Notes: generated by a model not told the origin, from the letters alone. 63,779 nucleotides of DNA, filler included, from Octopus bimaculoides (GCF_001194135.2; 3 parts of 2 records of this genome joined end to end with filler, not necessarily neighbours in it); one strand, 5' to 3'. Counted from the first letter of the whole stretch, positions 37,225 to 50,896 are shown. Numbers and translations: made by a program.

Positions 37225-37925
37225 CTTAGGAAAAATGACTAAATTGTGGGGTTTAAGCCTCCATTAAGGGGTCTTACTAACTCCTAAGAAGTTGAAATTT
37301 TAGAAATATTACTTCATTTGTGTCTAATATCTATGGTTAAAATTTCAACAACAGCAAAAATATATGAATTTTCATGGGAGTTATGGCCTCATTTATGCCC
37401 CTTCACTTTCAAACATATACTGCATTACATCTGTCCTTATGCATAGAATATAATTTCCAAATTTCATAAAGATCCATTCAGTACTTTTGACCTAGTTTTG
37501 GATCATAGAAAATGACTAAAATTTGGGAGTTAAGGCCCCCATTAGTGGGGTCATAGAATCATCATGAGAAGTGGAAACTTTGGGAATACTTCTTGATATG
37601 TGTCAATTACCTATGGTTGAAATTTCATTAACATCGGAAATTTATGAATTTTCATGAGGGTGGGTTCTGCCTCCTTTAAGCCACCTCAAATTCAAACCAA
37701 ACATACTGCATTATACCCACCCTTATTCATTGAATCTAAGTTCCAAATATCATAAGGATCCATTCAGTAATTTTGGCCCATGAAATTGTATGAAACATAC
37801 AGCATTACCCTACTCCCTAGGCTTGGATTTTGTGTTCCAAATTTCATTAGGATCGGTGCAGTAGTTTTCGAATCTATAAGTAACACACGAATACTCATAA
37901 ATACATTGACTTTTATATAATAGAT
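37225..37925 (+). mobile_element. Non-autonomous element with two diverged ~280-bp tandem units (Helitron/HINE-like, tentative)
   Basis: aaaatgactaaa..tgggg..taag.c.ccatta recurs at ~37232 and ~37510, and ggatccattcagta at ~37470 and ~37757. Ends in ...gacttttatataatagat. The class assignment is inference. Confidence 0.45.
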
Positions 37926-38139
37926 ATAAATATGCACATAAACATACATGTGTGTGTGTGTGTGTGTGTTATATATACACAGAAAGACAGATTGATAGAT
38001 ACAATTGAATGGGCAAACAAAATATGAGACTGCCTTGAAAAATGTTTTGCCGAATTATATATACATGTATATATATACATCTATATATATACACCTATAC
38101 ATATATATACATATACATGTAGATCTATACATATACATA

Positions 38140-38207
<68 letters not shown>

Positions 38208-38614
38208 AGATATATACATACATGTATATTGTAGATATATACATACATGTATGTATGTATGTATGTATGTATGTATGTATGTATGCTTGTATATATGTGA
38301 GATGATAGTTTCACTATTAATACTGAAACTTTTAAAGTGAAAGTATCTGACATTACAATAGAGAGATGTTATTGTTGCACTTTTGACACGTAATACTGAA
38401 ACAGTGGAAGAGATAAGAGATTGCACTGGGCTCGCATTAGGCAAGAAGTTGAAAAGGTTTTTGGCCCATGACACTGCATGAACCCTAAGTAAGGCATGTG
38501 TAAAATTTGAATGAAATGGGTTGGGTAGTTCTCGAGTTTTACGGATTAATAGACAGACAGACAGACAGACAAACAGACACACACAAATAGACACACACAC
38601 ACACATTCTCATAT

Positions 38615-38651
<37 letters not shown>

Positions 38652-38719
38652 CCTTTCTTCCCTTGCCTGTCTTAATATAATAGCATTCAGATAATTAATG
38701 AGCCAGTTGTGAACTGAGT

Positions 38720-38826
38720 CAATAAGTACTAGGCTTACAAGGAATAAGTCCTGGGGTCGATTTGCTCGACAAAAGGCGGTGCTCCAGCATGGCCGCAGTC
38801 AAGTGACTGAAACAAGTAAAAGAATA
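38720..38826 (+). mobile_element. SINE family A, 3' end
   Basis: ataagtactaggcttacaaggaataagtcctggggtcgatttgctcgac...gactgaaacaagtaaaagaata. Confidence 0.88.
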
Positions 38827-39661
38827 TATATANNNNNNNNNNNNNNNNNNNNNNNNNNNNNNNNNNNNNNNNNNNNNNNNNNNNNNNNNNNNNNNNNNNN
38901 NNNNNNNNNNNNNNNNNNNNNNNNNNNNNNNNNNNNNNNNNNNNNNNNNNNNNNNNNNNNNNNNNNNNNNNNNNNNNNNNNNNNNNNNNNNNNNNNNNNN
39001 NNNNNNNNNNNNNNNNNNNNNNNNNNNNNNNNNNNNNNNNNNNNNNNNNNNNNNNNNNNNNNNNNNNNNNNNNNNNNNNNNNNNNNNNNNNNNNNNNNNN
39101 NNNNNNNNNNNNNNNNNNNNNNNNNNNNNNNNNNNNNNNNNNNNNNNNNNNNNNNNNNNNNNNNNNNNNNNNNNNNNNNNNNNNNNNNNNNNNNNNNNNN
39201 NNNNNNNNNNNNNNNNNNNNNNNNNNNNNNNNNNNNNNNNNNNNNNNNNNNNNNNNNNNNNNNNNNNNNNNNNNNNNNNNNNNNNNNNNNNNNNNNNNNN
39301 NNNNNNNNNNNNNNNNNNNNNNNNNNNNNNNNNNNNNNNNNNNNNNNNNNNNNNNNNNNNNNNNNNNNNNNNNNNNNNNNNNNNNNNNNNNNNNNNNNNN
39401 NNNNNNNNNNNNNNNNNNNNNNNNNNNNNNNNNNNNNNNNNNNNNNNNNNNNNNNNNNNNNNNNNNNNNNNNNNNNNNNNNNNNNNNNNNNNNNNNNNNN
39501 NNNNNNNNNNNNNNNNNNNNNNNNNNNNNNNNNNNNNNNNNNNNNNNNNNNNNNNNNNNNNNNNNNNNNNNNNNNNNNNNNNNNNNNNNNNNNNNNNNNN
39601 NNNNNNNNNNNNNNNNNNNNNNNNNNNNNNNNNNNNNNNNNNNNNNNNNNNNNNNNNNNNN

Positions 39662-39674
39662 GAGAGAGAGAGGG

Positions 39675-39706
<32 letters not shown>

Positions 39707-39814
39707 GGTTGAAGACAGAGAGAGAGAGAGAGGGTTGAAGACAGAGAGACAGAGAGAGAGGAGAAGACAGAGAGACAGAGAGGAGAGAGAGAGGGGAAGA
39801 CAGAGAGACAGAGA

Positions 39815-39850
<36 letters not shown>
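39662..39850. repeat. Degenerate (GA)n tract
   Basis: Direct reading; a similar tract is at 40545-40660. Confidence 0.9.
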
Positions 39851-39853
<3 letters not shown>

Positions 39854-40012
39854 AAGAGAGATATGGAAGACAAATTGAGAAGAAAGATATTGTAACAAAA
39901 TGTCGCAAACAGGAAAATAGAAAAGAATATGAAAAGGAGAGAAGGAAGGAAAGAGTTTAACTTTTCATCCTCAATATGTGTGTGTTTATGTGTCTGCTAC
40001 TTTCGTACATTG

Positions 40013-40048
<36 letters not shown>

Positions 40049-41136
40049 TGTACATACACACACACGAATATATATTAATTAATTATCATCTGTCATGATT
40101 TAGATTTAGTCGTTTGCTGGTTGCGTCTATGTATAAAAGTGTGTGGGGAAAGAGAGTGAGATAGAGACAGAGACACAGAGAAAATAAACAGAGTGAGAGA
40201 CTGGACGGGAAAGAGTCTGAACAACACCGATTTCCTCATTAAAAAATCTCCCTTTTTGGCTCGGGATAGATAACACGTTAAGTACAAATTTATAGGTATT
40301 AAAGAAGAAATAAATATCTTTGAATGAAATGAATATGGTACTTCACCTTCAATGCTTGAATTTAGACATCTTCATGAAATATACGAGGATCATGTAAAAT
40401 TGATATGACGGTGAGCAATTAACAGACGAGAAATTCTTTTGAAAATTATCGTCTGCTCCAAACTGGAGAAAAGGAGTAATTCGGCTTTTTCCGGATAACT
40501 TCGGTTTAACGTTCTCTGTGAAGTAACTGAGTGTACGTTACAGAAAGAGAGGAGGAGGGAGAGAGAGGGGGGAGAGAGAGAGGGAGAGAGAGAGAGGGAG
40601 AGAGAGAGAGAGGTGGGAAGAGAGAGGGGCAGAGAGAGAGGGGAAGAGAGATATGGAAGACAAAAAAGAGTGGAACTTTTAGGATTTGTAGAGGTTTAAA
40701 TTTTTGAGAGAAAAGAAATTTTTGCCTAATCGTTTGAATTCCCGTGTTATATGGGGTACTTAAACCAAAATTCCGCCGAAATTTGACTGCTATTTCCAAC
40801 AGGTAGAGCAACCATGTGCAGTATACGTGTAATGGGAAGTAACGTTATTAATTGTTGAATGCCATTACAGTAACAAATACAAAAGGGTTTTTTTCCCTAT
40901 ATTTTGCAGTATTTAATTATGTTTCTTAGCGTTCTGAGTTCAAACCTCGTTGATATCGAATTTGCTTTTGATAACATAATTGCAGGTCAACTTCAGAGGT
41001 TCATCAATGCCATAGCCCTATATCTCCTCACAACACCTTCAGACGCGCACGTTTAAAAATGCGTCGCCTTCTATGAGAATGCAAAAATATAAATCTTATT
41101 TCTTTATTGCCTACAAGGAGCTAAACATAGAGGGTA

Positions 41137-41583
41137 CGGATCTATTTTAAAACGGGGGCCACAGTTTTCATTAATGTTTTACGTAGTGTTTTTGGTACCG
41201 AAAGACTTTCAAACTTCGTATACTTATCTATTTTGTGTTATAGAACAGAAAAATATTTTTGTATTCGAATTTATTTCATGTAAAAAATTGTCTTATTTCG
41301 ATAATTTCAACCAATCACTGACAAGTATTCAGTTGTTTACATTTACTCCTTTGGCTGATTAATAGATGTAAAGCGTATTTAATCTCCATACCTTCGTTTT
41401 ATTTGCTTTTTTCATTTTAAATTTGCTTTAACCCTAACCCCAACCCTAGGGNNNNNNNNNNATTTCTTTTTTTTAAAGAAGACTAAGAGAAAAAGATGTT
41501 TTATATGACACATTCTACCAGTGTTCCAAGTTTCAAAGTGTTTCGTTAATGAAAAATGTGGCCCCCGTTTTAAAAAAGATCCG
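41137..41583. mobile_element. MITE with TIR cggatct.ttttaaaacgggggccac and central (CCCTAA)n, inserted into a SINE B
   Basis: The two ends are reverse complements. SINE B tail sequence lies at 41096-41134 and continues at 41584. Confidence 0.8.
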
Positions 41584-41782
41584 AGGGGACAAACAAGGAC
41601 AGACAAAGGGATTAAGTCGATTACATCGACCCCAGTGCGTAACTGGTACTTAATTTATCGACACCGAAAGGATGAAAGGCAAAGTCGACCTCGGCGGAAT
41701 TTGAACTCAGAACGTAGTGGCAGACGAAATACCGCTAAGCATTTCGCCCGGCATGCTAACGATTCTGCCAGCTCGCCGCCTT
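41584..41782 (-). mobile_element. SINE family B (its 3' tail lies at 41096-41134, beyond the MITE)
   Basis: Near-consensus reverse complement ending gattctgccagctcgccgcctt. Confidence 0.9.
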
Positions 41783-42101
41783 GCACAATACAAAAATATA
41801 AATCTATTCAACTTATATATAGTAGTCTTACAGGATTTGTTAATAGACCACATGATAGTTATCTCCCCTGGAAAATACTACCGCAAATATATAAAGTTGA
41901 TTTCAAATATAAAAATTAAATCATTATAACTTTAGCATAAAATTTACAATAATTATTGGGAATAAATTTTTCTCTTTCCGAAAATATCTCCAAGAAAATA
42001 CCGGAACGTTTGGAAAAACGTCCCAATTATCATCGATGACTTAGAACACAAGGGAGATAATTCCATAAAATTTATAAGATTAAGAAATTATATATGTTAA
42101 T

Positions 42102-42265
42102 AAGTTAAAGAAGTGATTTTTAAAATTCTCAATCGCAGAATAATGCTAATAATATAGCCTGAACAGGATAAACTACCCCTATTTTGCACAGAAAAGTGTA
42201 GGTGGCTAGCTACATTATTAGCATTATTCTGCGATTGAGAATTTAAAAAATCACTTCTTTAACTT
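42102..42265. mobile_element. Short MITE/foldback with ~52-bp near-perfect TIRs
   Basis: aagttaaagaagtgatttttaaaattctcaatcgcagaataatgctaataat / attattagcattattctgcgattgagaatttaaaaaatcacttctttaactt. Confidence 0.8.
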
Positions 42266-43069
42266 TCTAAGACATCTCAACGCTTCTAAAGGCAAACTTC
42301 GTTTGTTTGTTTACGTTTGTCGTAATTTGAATTTAACATATGTCAATATTTTTCGTGTTCTTAAAACACTTACACAATTATACTTCTATCAATATGTAGC
42401 ATGCTAGAAAATGTTATTTTAGTATTTGCAATATTCTTCAAGTTCTAAATTCATGCACACACAGTAGTGTAGGCTAAGATTGGATTGAAAGCAGTATTTA
42501 ACATGAACTCTTACCTGCCTACGGCTCTTCGACTCAAACTTGGTAAAATTCAAAATCCACTGGTGTAGGAATTCCAAGTACCTTACAGGTAAACTCACAC
42601 ACATTTCATATATATATATATATATAAATAAGGTACAGAGACCCCCTTTCGGTCATGAATGACCATAAGATTGCACCAAGAAAGTTCTCCTGCCGATCAT
42701 ATTTACGAGGAATGATCGCATGTAACATGCTGCAAAATATCTGGTTCGAGCAGCTGCTTTCTCTCTCTTGGAGGTCTTCTCCATAGTTCAGTTCAAGAGA
42801 GCGGAAATGAAACACCCTATTATCTGAGCAGAATTGTTGTTAGCAAGATTATCCTTTGTTTTTGTCTATTGCTCTCAGAAAAGACAGCTCACGATATTAG
42901 TTGTTTCAAAATCGCTCAATTTACACACAAAGTATCTTAATTCATTTTTGTCAATGACTTGTACTCTTGGATCACTTATGACCTGCTTTGAGCACAAAGT
43001 AAGTAATCCCTATTTCCGTTAGTGTCGTGAGCATTTAGGGAGGGGGAGATTAATCTTAAATTATATGAA

Positions 43070-43533
43070 CCCATTGCGTGCCATGACCCCATTTGGGGGT
43101 CTGCTAAAAAAAAGTCTCACCACCGGTTGTTCGAGGTGTTTTTAACAATATTTGTAGTTGTCACCATTAGCTCTAGCTATGGCTAATTCTAGAGGACATT
43201 TTGTCATAAATCGCAATTTTTGAACTACAAAATTGACTGTTTCGAAAACATTGTTTTGCATCTCCCATTTATCCCATTCATTCATATTTCATACACATTC
43301 GCATTTGATACTATAGTTTCAGAAAAACTAAAATGTTTATTATTGCAATTGAACAGAAAAGGATAAACATGCTTTTTTTTCAGCGTTCTCCATTTGGGAC
43401 TTATTGAAAAATTTATCATTATCTCCAAAATAATTCACATATGAGGAAAATTTAAATACTATATACTATTTTAACTCCTAAGACACCTGGTAAAACCAAA
43501 AAATATGAATAAAAAAATTTGGCAGTTAATGGG
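43070..43533. mobile_element. piggyBac-type MITE (tentative)
   Basis: Imperfect TIRs cccattgcgtgcc / ggcagttaatggg followed by TTAA. The left TSD is degenerate. Confidence 0.55.
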
Positions 43534-43634
43534 TTAAGGTGAGAGTAGTGATAAAGCCAAAAAGTACTTTCTCAGATACAATCAATATTTACTACTTATT
43601 CGAAATATATATGTACACGTGTGGTGTATATTGG

Positions 43635-43809
43635 TTTCAAGTCGGATTAAATCGACCTCAATGCTCAAATGGTACTTATTTTATCGACCCCGAAAAGTTG
43701 AAAGGCGAAGTCGACCCCAGCAGAATTTGAACACGGAACATAAAGACGGACAAAATACCTCTAGGCATTTTTGCCGGTATGCTAACAATTCTGAAGCTCG
43801 CCGCCTTAA
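43635..43809 (-). mobile_element. SINE family B
   Basis: ggtacttattttatcgaccccgaaaag...gtcgacccc..cagaatttgaac...gctcgccgcctt. Confidence 0.82.
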
Positions 43810-44460
43810 TATGGCATAGATTGACAATTAAAATATTCATGTCTATATATTACAGTTTATATAATCTTCGGTTATACGTATTGTAATTAAAATACATAAA
43901 TAGCCTCATCTTCATTCACTGGGTATATTTACAGTGTTTACAATCTACACTAAGTTTCAAAAGTGATTTAATCCTGAGTAAGTGCACATGATATCTGACT
44001 GGAATTAAACAAAACGTATTTGGGGAATTACTGTTAAAAATGATTATAATTTTCCACATTATTAACCTCGCTATTAGAATATAGATTTATGGGATACCTA
44101 TTTTACTCGGTCGGAAATCTCGGTCATTCGAAGATTAAGAAATCTTATTTTCATAATTGAATATTATTGGGAATTGTCTAAAACAGTTAAAATATTTTGT
44201 GTATTGTAGGAGTATAAGCAATTTAACAACAAAATCATATATAGATCCTGCTAGAGAACCAATGATCACACTTGGTAATTTCACGTAAATATTAAGATGG
44301 AATTTTTTCGATTGTTTGTAAACATCCTTGCTCCAATTCTCCTTATAAGTTCTAGTCGATTTATATTCTAGCTAAGTGACTAACTGCGATTTACAATAGG
44401 GGTACATGAGAGTCTATCTCAATCGTCATCAGCTGCAAAAAAAAAAAAAAAAAAAAGCGA

Positions 44461-44700
44461 GTAATCACGGGTTAGTAACCGCAAAGTTCTTGTCATCATG
44501 AGCAGCTCGCCTTACTGGGGTGTCAGGTGATACCCGTAAAGGTGCTTGGCTTTTCCAACGCCTTAGCCTCACCATCGCTCGTGATAATGCTGCGAGCGTG
44601 GCTTGCTTTAGTAGGTTCTGTTGCACCTTGAGGTGTGCGACCAACTGAAGCACTTAGTACTGCTTTGATGTATTTTTCTTTGTCTTTCTTTTGTATTGTA
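44461..44700 (+). mobile_element. 3'-terminal fragment of a CRE-like (RLE) non-LTR retrotransposon
   Basis: Translates AKFLSS*AARLTGVSGDTRKGAWLFQRLSLTIARDNAASV, matching the FLFQRLSxAxQRGNAxxV-type C-terminus of CRE-clade ORFs. Confidence 0.65.
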
Positions 44701-45104
44701 TATATATATATATAATAATACGACTCTTAAAGGGATACATTCAAGACTGATTCTTTTCATTAACTTATTGCTCGTAAATACTGGACGTAGCTTCAACTAA
44801 TTTCCAATTGGTTATTGAGCAACGTCAGTGAATAAATGCTTCGATTAGGCAAAAATGTACATAGAGAGGTTCCTAAGAAGTTACCACACCAACACACAAA
44901 TACACGTGCGTTTGTGGGAGAGTATGTACATATCTTCTTGACAGTGTGTATAAATCATAATGGTTTAGTGGTTAAAGATACTATTAGGCTTCACTTCAAC
45001 TTTATTGTTATTATTCTTATTTGTGTTAGATCAAAAATAAAGGTTCCTAGCTTGAATTGAATCCTATCTAGAAACATTTGCATGTGTACGCGCGCGCAAG
45101 TACA

Positions 45105-45270
45105 GGAATGGTTGTGCGGTTAGAAAATTTGCTTCTCAACTAAGCGGTTTAGGGTTCAGTTCCACAGTGCAATACCTTGAGTAAGTACCTTCTACTATAG
45201 CCCCAGGTTGATTAAAGCCTTGTGAGTGAATTTGACAGACAGAAAGTGAAAAATCCCATTTTGTGTGTGT
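45105..45270 (+). mobile_element. SINE family A, 5' part, diverged
   Basis: ggaatggttgtgcggttag...gggttcagttcc...cttctactatagcccc...aaagccttgtgagtgaattt. Confidence 0.75.
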
Positions 45271-46188
45271 ACGTATGTGTGTACCCACATGCACATTTGT
45301 ACTTCAACGAAAATAAAAATCACCTAAAGATGGCAATATTGTTATCGTTTTTTGTCAAAGGGTCATCTCTTAGTTTTGTGCCTTTGAGGCAGACAATAAT
45401 TTAGTCCCAAAAGTTATAATCCATTTTATCAACCCTGAAAGGGATGAAAGCAGGAACGAACTGAGCCGTCGGTCAATCGACACTGCCTGAGGGCCCCGCA
45501 CTCTACTAAAACACACATTCAAAGGGGCCCGGTAAACATTTATGTCCGAAATTGTCTCAGTGCTTCTCTAGTACTTTATCTTAACCTCTAGAGCGATGAA
45601 AAACTAAGTTAACCTTGGTAGGATTTGAGCTCAGAATGTAAACAGTTGAAATACCATAAAGCATTTTATCTTGCCAATCCACTGCTGCTGGCATCATGGA
45701 AGGAATAAAAAAGGAAAACTAGTGCATCTGTTTTCACCTAATAGTGTTTAAGCAGAGTTAAAGAAGACAGTTGAGTAAAACCACCAGATGTTATTATGGA
45801 AGTGTTGCATAAGGGAAATCAGTTTTCAACAACATGAGTGTGCTGCTAATTGTAATATATATATATATATATACACACACACAGGGTGGGGGCAGAGAGG
45901 ATGGACGTTTTTGAAATGGCTATTACTCAACCCCAGGGGGAGGGACATATGTCCCACAGGTACCATTCGGTCTGTGGTGTTTTAGCATTTCCTTTTGTCT
46001 TTTCAGGTGTGTGTATATATATATATATATACACACATACATCCTAGCAAACAACAGCGTTGTATTTGATATAACTGTCACGATAGGAAAATATGAGAAG
46101 AGTTTGTGTGTGTGTGTGGTCGTGAGAGAGAGAGAGAGTTTTGAGACACAATACCCAACCAGAGCCATGCTCCTGGCAGAACATAAAA

Positions 46189-46409
46189 CCCTTTGAGTAT
46201 TTCCATCACTCTATCAAATGTAATATTTATTAATTCATGTTGTTCAGGATTAATCATGCATTATCTTGTAGCTTTGAGATCTTGATGAGATTACTGTTTA
46301 TATTTAGAATGACATTGTAGGATTGGTGTGAGAGGTCAGATCTGGATGGCTAGAATGTAAAATAGGCAGAAGATTTTGTTCGGATATGGCTGCTTTAAAT
46401 GATAATGGG
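46189..46409. mobile_element. piggyBac-type MITE, copy 1
   Basis: Ends ccctt.../...aatggg|TTAA. Homologous along its length to 47546-47761 (tttagaatgacat.gtagga...gtgtgagagg..gatctgg). Confidence 0.7.
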
Positions 46410-47545
46410 TTAACCTTTTCTTCAATCATGGTGCTTATGAAACAAACTACCTTTGTCATATTTGGGGATGGTTACCCCCCCCCCCCCACTCCAATTAACC
46501 ATATGCACTATATACTCGTTCATCACTTCAGCTTTGTTATCATTTTTATTTTAGTATCCTTTGTCTGAAATCTTTTGTCACACACCCTGTGACCTCTTCA
46601 GCAACTCTCCATCCCATGTGTTTCCTCCTATTCTGTTTAATCCATTCTGTCTTTCTGTCATATGCATTGTTATCTGTGGATTTGTTTGCATCTGTATTGT
46701 GTGTGTGTGTGTGTGTGTGTGTGGAAGCATATGCGTATAGTGTGTTTTGGGTGCATGTATATGGGTTTGCTTACTATGCTGTACCCGTGTTTTATTCATT
46801 TGTTTTTTTTTTATACGGTTATTTACTAATTTCCTTCTCTTTCCATCTTAAGTATGTGTGGTGTGTGTACGTGTGTGTATGTATATAGGTTTATGTATTC
46901 TACTGTGCCTGTGCCCTTTTTTTTTCCTTCTGCCTTTAGTTGTCCTCCACCACACTACACAACATGACAAAGACAGAATGAGAGAAGGAAAAAGAAAAAA
47001 AAAAAGACCATCCCCAAATTAACAATATGTTTCAACACATGATTTCACATCAGGAATCATGCAAAAATACATAAACATACTTTTGTGCTACAATTCATGT
47101 TGAAAAACAATTCATTAGGAGGATTTGATTGAAAAAAAAAAAAAGTTAACTTTGTCATTATTAAAATTGGTCTTTGTAATGCAACAAAAAGTTTCTAATC
47201 TAAAATTGACAGAGGGTTTTGGTTTAAAGATGGATGCTTTAAAAGAAGCAGGTATTATATTGTTGAACCAGGGAGATGGGGGGAGGGACACCTGAGGAAG
47301 GTTGATAAGGAAATGATTAAATCACATGGTCTCAGTATATATTAGGTGGTCAAATAAACACAACATAATCTGGCTTTGACTCTGTGCTTTTACATAGACA
47401 ATCACTTGAACAATGCATTATGCATAAAGGCAACATATCCAAAAGTGTACAACACCTGAAAGCTGATGTAAAGCAATCTGTGAGTCGCTATGATTACTTT
47501 GTTGACCATCTTGGATCTAAGATGTAGATTTGTTGCTTAGCTCAA

Positions 47546-47761
47546 CCCTTTAACAATCAGATTAACCCGTCAAGTGCTATGCTTATTTATTCACATGGTT
47601 TTGAATTGATTCTGAATTATCTCCTAACTTCAAGATTGCAATGAAATGGTTGTACATTTTCAGAATGACATGGTAGGATATGTGTGAGAGGCTGGATCTG
47701 GCTGGTTTGGACATAAAACAGGTAGAATATTTGGGCAGGATATGTTTAAAATCCAAAAGGG
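47546..47761. mobile_element. piggyBac-type MITE, copy 2
   Basis: tcaa|ccctttaaca...aaaaggg|TTAA; homologous to 46189-46409. Confidence 0.7.
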
Positions 47762-48006
47762 TTAAAACCAATATCTGGCTCTAGGGTGCCTTTTTAGTGA
47801 AGTTTGTATTCGAGGCAAGCATGTAAGTATTCATACCAGGTCTCTAGCTGAAGGATAAATTAATCTCCAAGTTGTAGGAGTTTTTTTTTTTTTATAATTT
47901 CTCATTCATTAGTTCCAGAAGCTCAGGCAAGAATAAGAACAAAAAGGAAAAAAAAAAGAAAGAAAAAAACTGATGGACAATAGTCTTCTTCCTGTGACCC
48001 CTAAAG

Positions 48007-48106
48007 NNNNNNNNNNNNNNNNNNNNNNNNNNNNNNNNNNNNNNNNNNNNTTAATTAATTAANNNNNNNNNNNNNNNNNNNNNNNNNNNNNNNNNNNNNN
48101 NNNNNN
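48007..48106. other. Artificial scaffold spacer (44 N + TTAATTAATTAA + 44 N)
   Basis: Identical to 29227-29326. Confidence 0.9.
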
Positions 48107-48132
48107 TATATATATATATATATATATATATT

Positions 48133-48509
48133 AGACAAAATGAGATAATAAAGCCATGGTTGTGAGGAGTTTTCAAGCAATTCCATTTAATTGAACAATG
48201 CAATCATTACATCAGTTTAAATACAGAGCAATCCTCACCTGCATAAAGACAGAATTTAACTAACTTAAATTAAAACAGATGGACACCTGAGTATAATTTT
48301 GCCTAAAACCTCCAAGAAGATAAGGAGATTTTAGGTAAAATTATAGCAAGGTGTCCATCTGTTTTAATTTAATTAAATTCTATGTCTCTGCGCAGCTAAG
48401 GATTGCTCTGCATTTATATTGATTTAATGATTGCATTGTTCAATTAAATGGAGTTGCTTGAAACGATCGTACTGCATTACCTCTAGATATCCTTGTGGCT
48501 TATTTTGAT
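48133..48509. mobile_element. Foldback element, palindromic over most of its length
   Basis: Arms pair from ttcaagcaa.tccatttaattgaacaatgcaatc inward through aaacagatggacacct/aggtgtccatctgttt and tataattttgcctaaaacctcc/ggagattttaggtaaaattata around a ~10-nt loop. Confidence 0.85.
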
Positions 48510-48591
48510 TTTAATTACCTAATTTTGAAATTGTATGGATAGTACCGTACTAAATTCTGTAAACCTCAACTTAAGTACCATATTCATCTGA

Positions 48592-48631
<40 letters not shown>

Positions 48632-48654
48632 ATATATTTGTGTATGTGTGTCTT

Positions 48655-48857
48655 TGTGTTTGTCACCCACCATCGTTTGACAACCGATGTTGGCATGTTT
48701 ATGTCCCCATAACTTTGCGGTTTAGCACATGGATCTGATAGATTAAGTACTAGGCTTACCAACAATAAGTCCTGGGGTCGATTTCTTCAGCTAAAACTCT
48801 TTAAGGTGGTGCTTCAACATGGTCGCAGTCAAAATGACTGAAACGTGTAAAAGAATA
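48655..48857 (+). mobile_element. SINE family A, 3' part
   Basis: catcgtttgacaaccgatg...taagtactaggctta...aataagtcctggggtcgattt...gactgaaac. Confidence 0.85.
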
Positions 48858-50896
48858 ACGAATATATTTGTACAGACAAACTACATCAATGATGCACTCA
48901 ATAAGTAAGTTATTGGATATGTTCCCGTGAAGCTTTCTTATTAATTAATTGCTACATCATATACACAGGAATGAGGAAAGAGTAAAGTGGAGCAGCTATT
49001 TTAACATCTACATTATCCCTTTTGCAAATACAATCAGTCATAAATCTGATAGGAGATTAAAAGTCGACGATGCTTTCTACTAGCAAGGGGCATTCAGTCA
49101 CATACTTTAAATATTACAGAATTTCAGTGTTCAAAAAACAGTTATTTATAACTGAAAGATTGTATGAAGGTAGAGAATGAAAGAGTATGAAACAGAAAGA
49201 GAAATAGAGGATACATAGAAATAGGAAAAACTAAAATATACCTGATTTATATGTGTATGCACAAAATTAAGTCGGACATCAGTCGCTAAACTCGGTAGAT
49301 GAAATGAAAACAATTTTGTTGACCGAATTTTCTTGATTGATGAATGTAAATAATTAGTGACAGATAACAAGAACAATCTGAACGAAGATAATTAAATACA
49401 ATAGAGTAATGTAAATTCAAGTAAGTAAATCTAAGTCTGTTGATTCTCGAGAGTGCTCATAGGGTAATATTTAAAATAACTAAAAGTTATAGGTTTAAGT
49501 CTCCTTGAAGACTTATGTTTACTTCTCTGTTTATACAGCATTTCTACTTGCAGCACATGCACACACGAAATGTTCTCCACAATATCGACAGTAAGGTTCT
49601 CATTTAGTTTTGCGCCTAGTATTAAAAAATTACTAGTAAGTAACGCTATGAGCTCGGGCAGAGGCAGAATATGCATGTAGAGATTTATTATTTTTTCATT
49701 ATGTTTCGTACAGTTTCTTTTTATGATCCTTGGGTCAACGAGAGTCTACATGTAACTCCAACATAAAAGTGGCTATGCTCCTCGGCCAGCACATTTGAAG
49801 AGTCATTAATATTCCTTAGTGCAATAGTTGTCATGAATCCGACAGTAACATTCTAGTGAATTATATAACACACCCAGCATCGTAATGCTCGATAATATAT
49901 ATTGTAAAAAAGGACGATTGGATTATCTGGTAGTGCTATAATAGTTTCATTAAGAGTTTTTATTGTGACTCAGAGATACAGTCAGGTAAAAATAATGCAC
50001 AATATTCATAAACTTATGTAATACGTTGCGCAAGTCAAAAACCACAAGGCTTACCACATGCACATGCGAACAGTAACGCGCTCACTAACTACTGAAGTTT
50101 TGAATGAGTATCACTAACATTTAAGAAATGTAAAGTCGGTTGAAATACATTCAGAATAAATTAGTAAATTATAGAATAAAAATAGGCATCGGCTCAAGAC
50201 TAAAAATGTGAAGACTTGGCAATAAATAACTTAGGCAATAACTCATGCAAATTTTACTGTGAATTTGTTATAGGTAGATTTTACTTTAATATATAGCTAA
50301 TTCTTGTATTATTCTATTTATTGTACAAACTAATTATGTACTACTATTATATTTTATAACCTATTTTCAAATTTCTGTTTATTAATTAGTAACTAAAAAA
50401 ATTAATTTTTTTTAAAGTGCAAAAATATTTTAAATTTTTAATAGAATAATTACCATGAAGGATTGTATTGAATATAATTTATAAAGGATCGTGGGCAAGG
50501 CCAAAACAATGCGAAATAAATGCAAGGTAAATCACAAGAAAACAAATATGTAAATTAATGTCGACGTACCTTGTATTCAATATTTCAGGGTTATGACCCC
50601 ATTTTCAAGAAATTGGCGAATATTGCCGATGTGCGTGTGTGGAGTGGACGCTCACTCTACAACAAGCTCACGAATTCGTAAAGAGTCTCTCTTCATCACA
50701 AAATACAGACTCCTTTTGAACGCATCTACAACAAATGACATATCCACCACGATATTAGAATAACACAGATGCAAAAATTTTTAAATGATACATTCAAAAG
50801 AGATACCCAAGAATTCATTAAAAACAGTCCCAAATACTGCTTTTCAGGGCACTTGATCATTTTACATCCTACCACTATCATAGCACTCTCGCATTC

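Noticed and set aside
49431-49676. 81-aa minus-strand ORF
   Set aside because: No recognisable domain or splice signals; the length is within chance.
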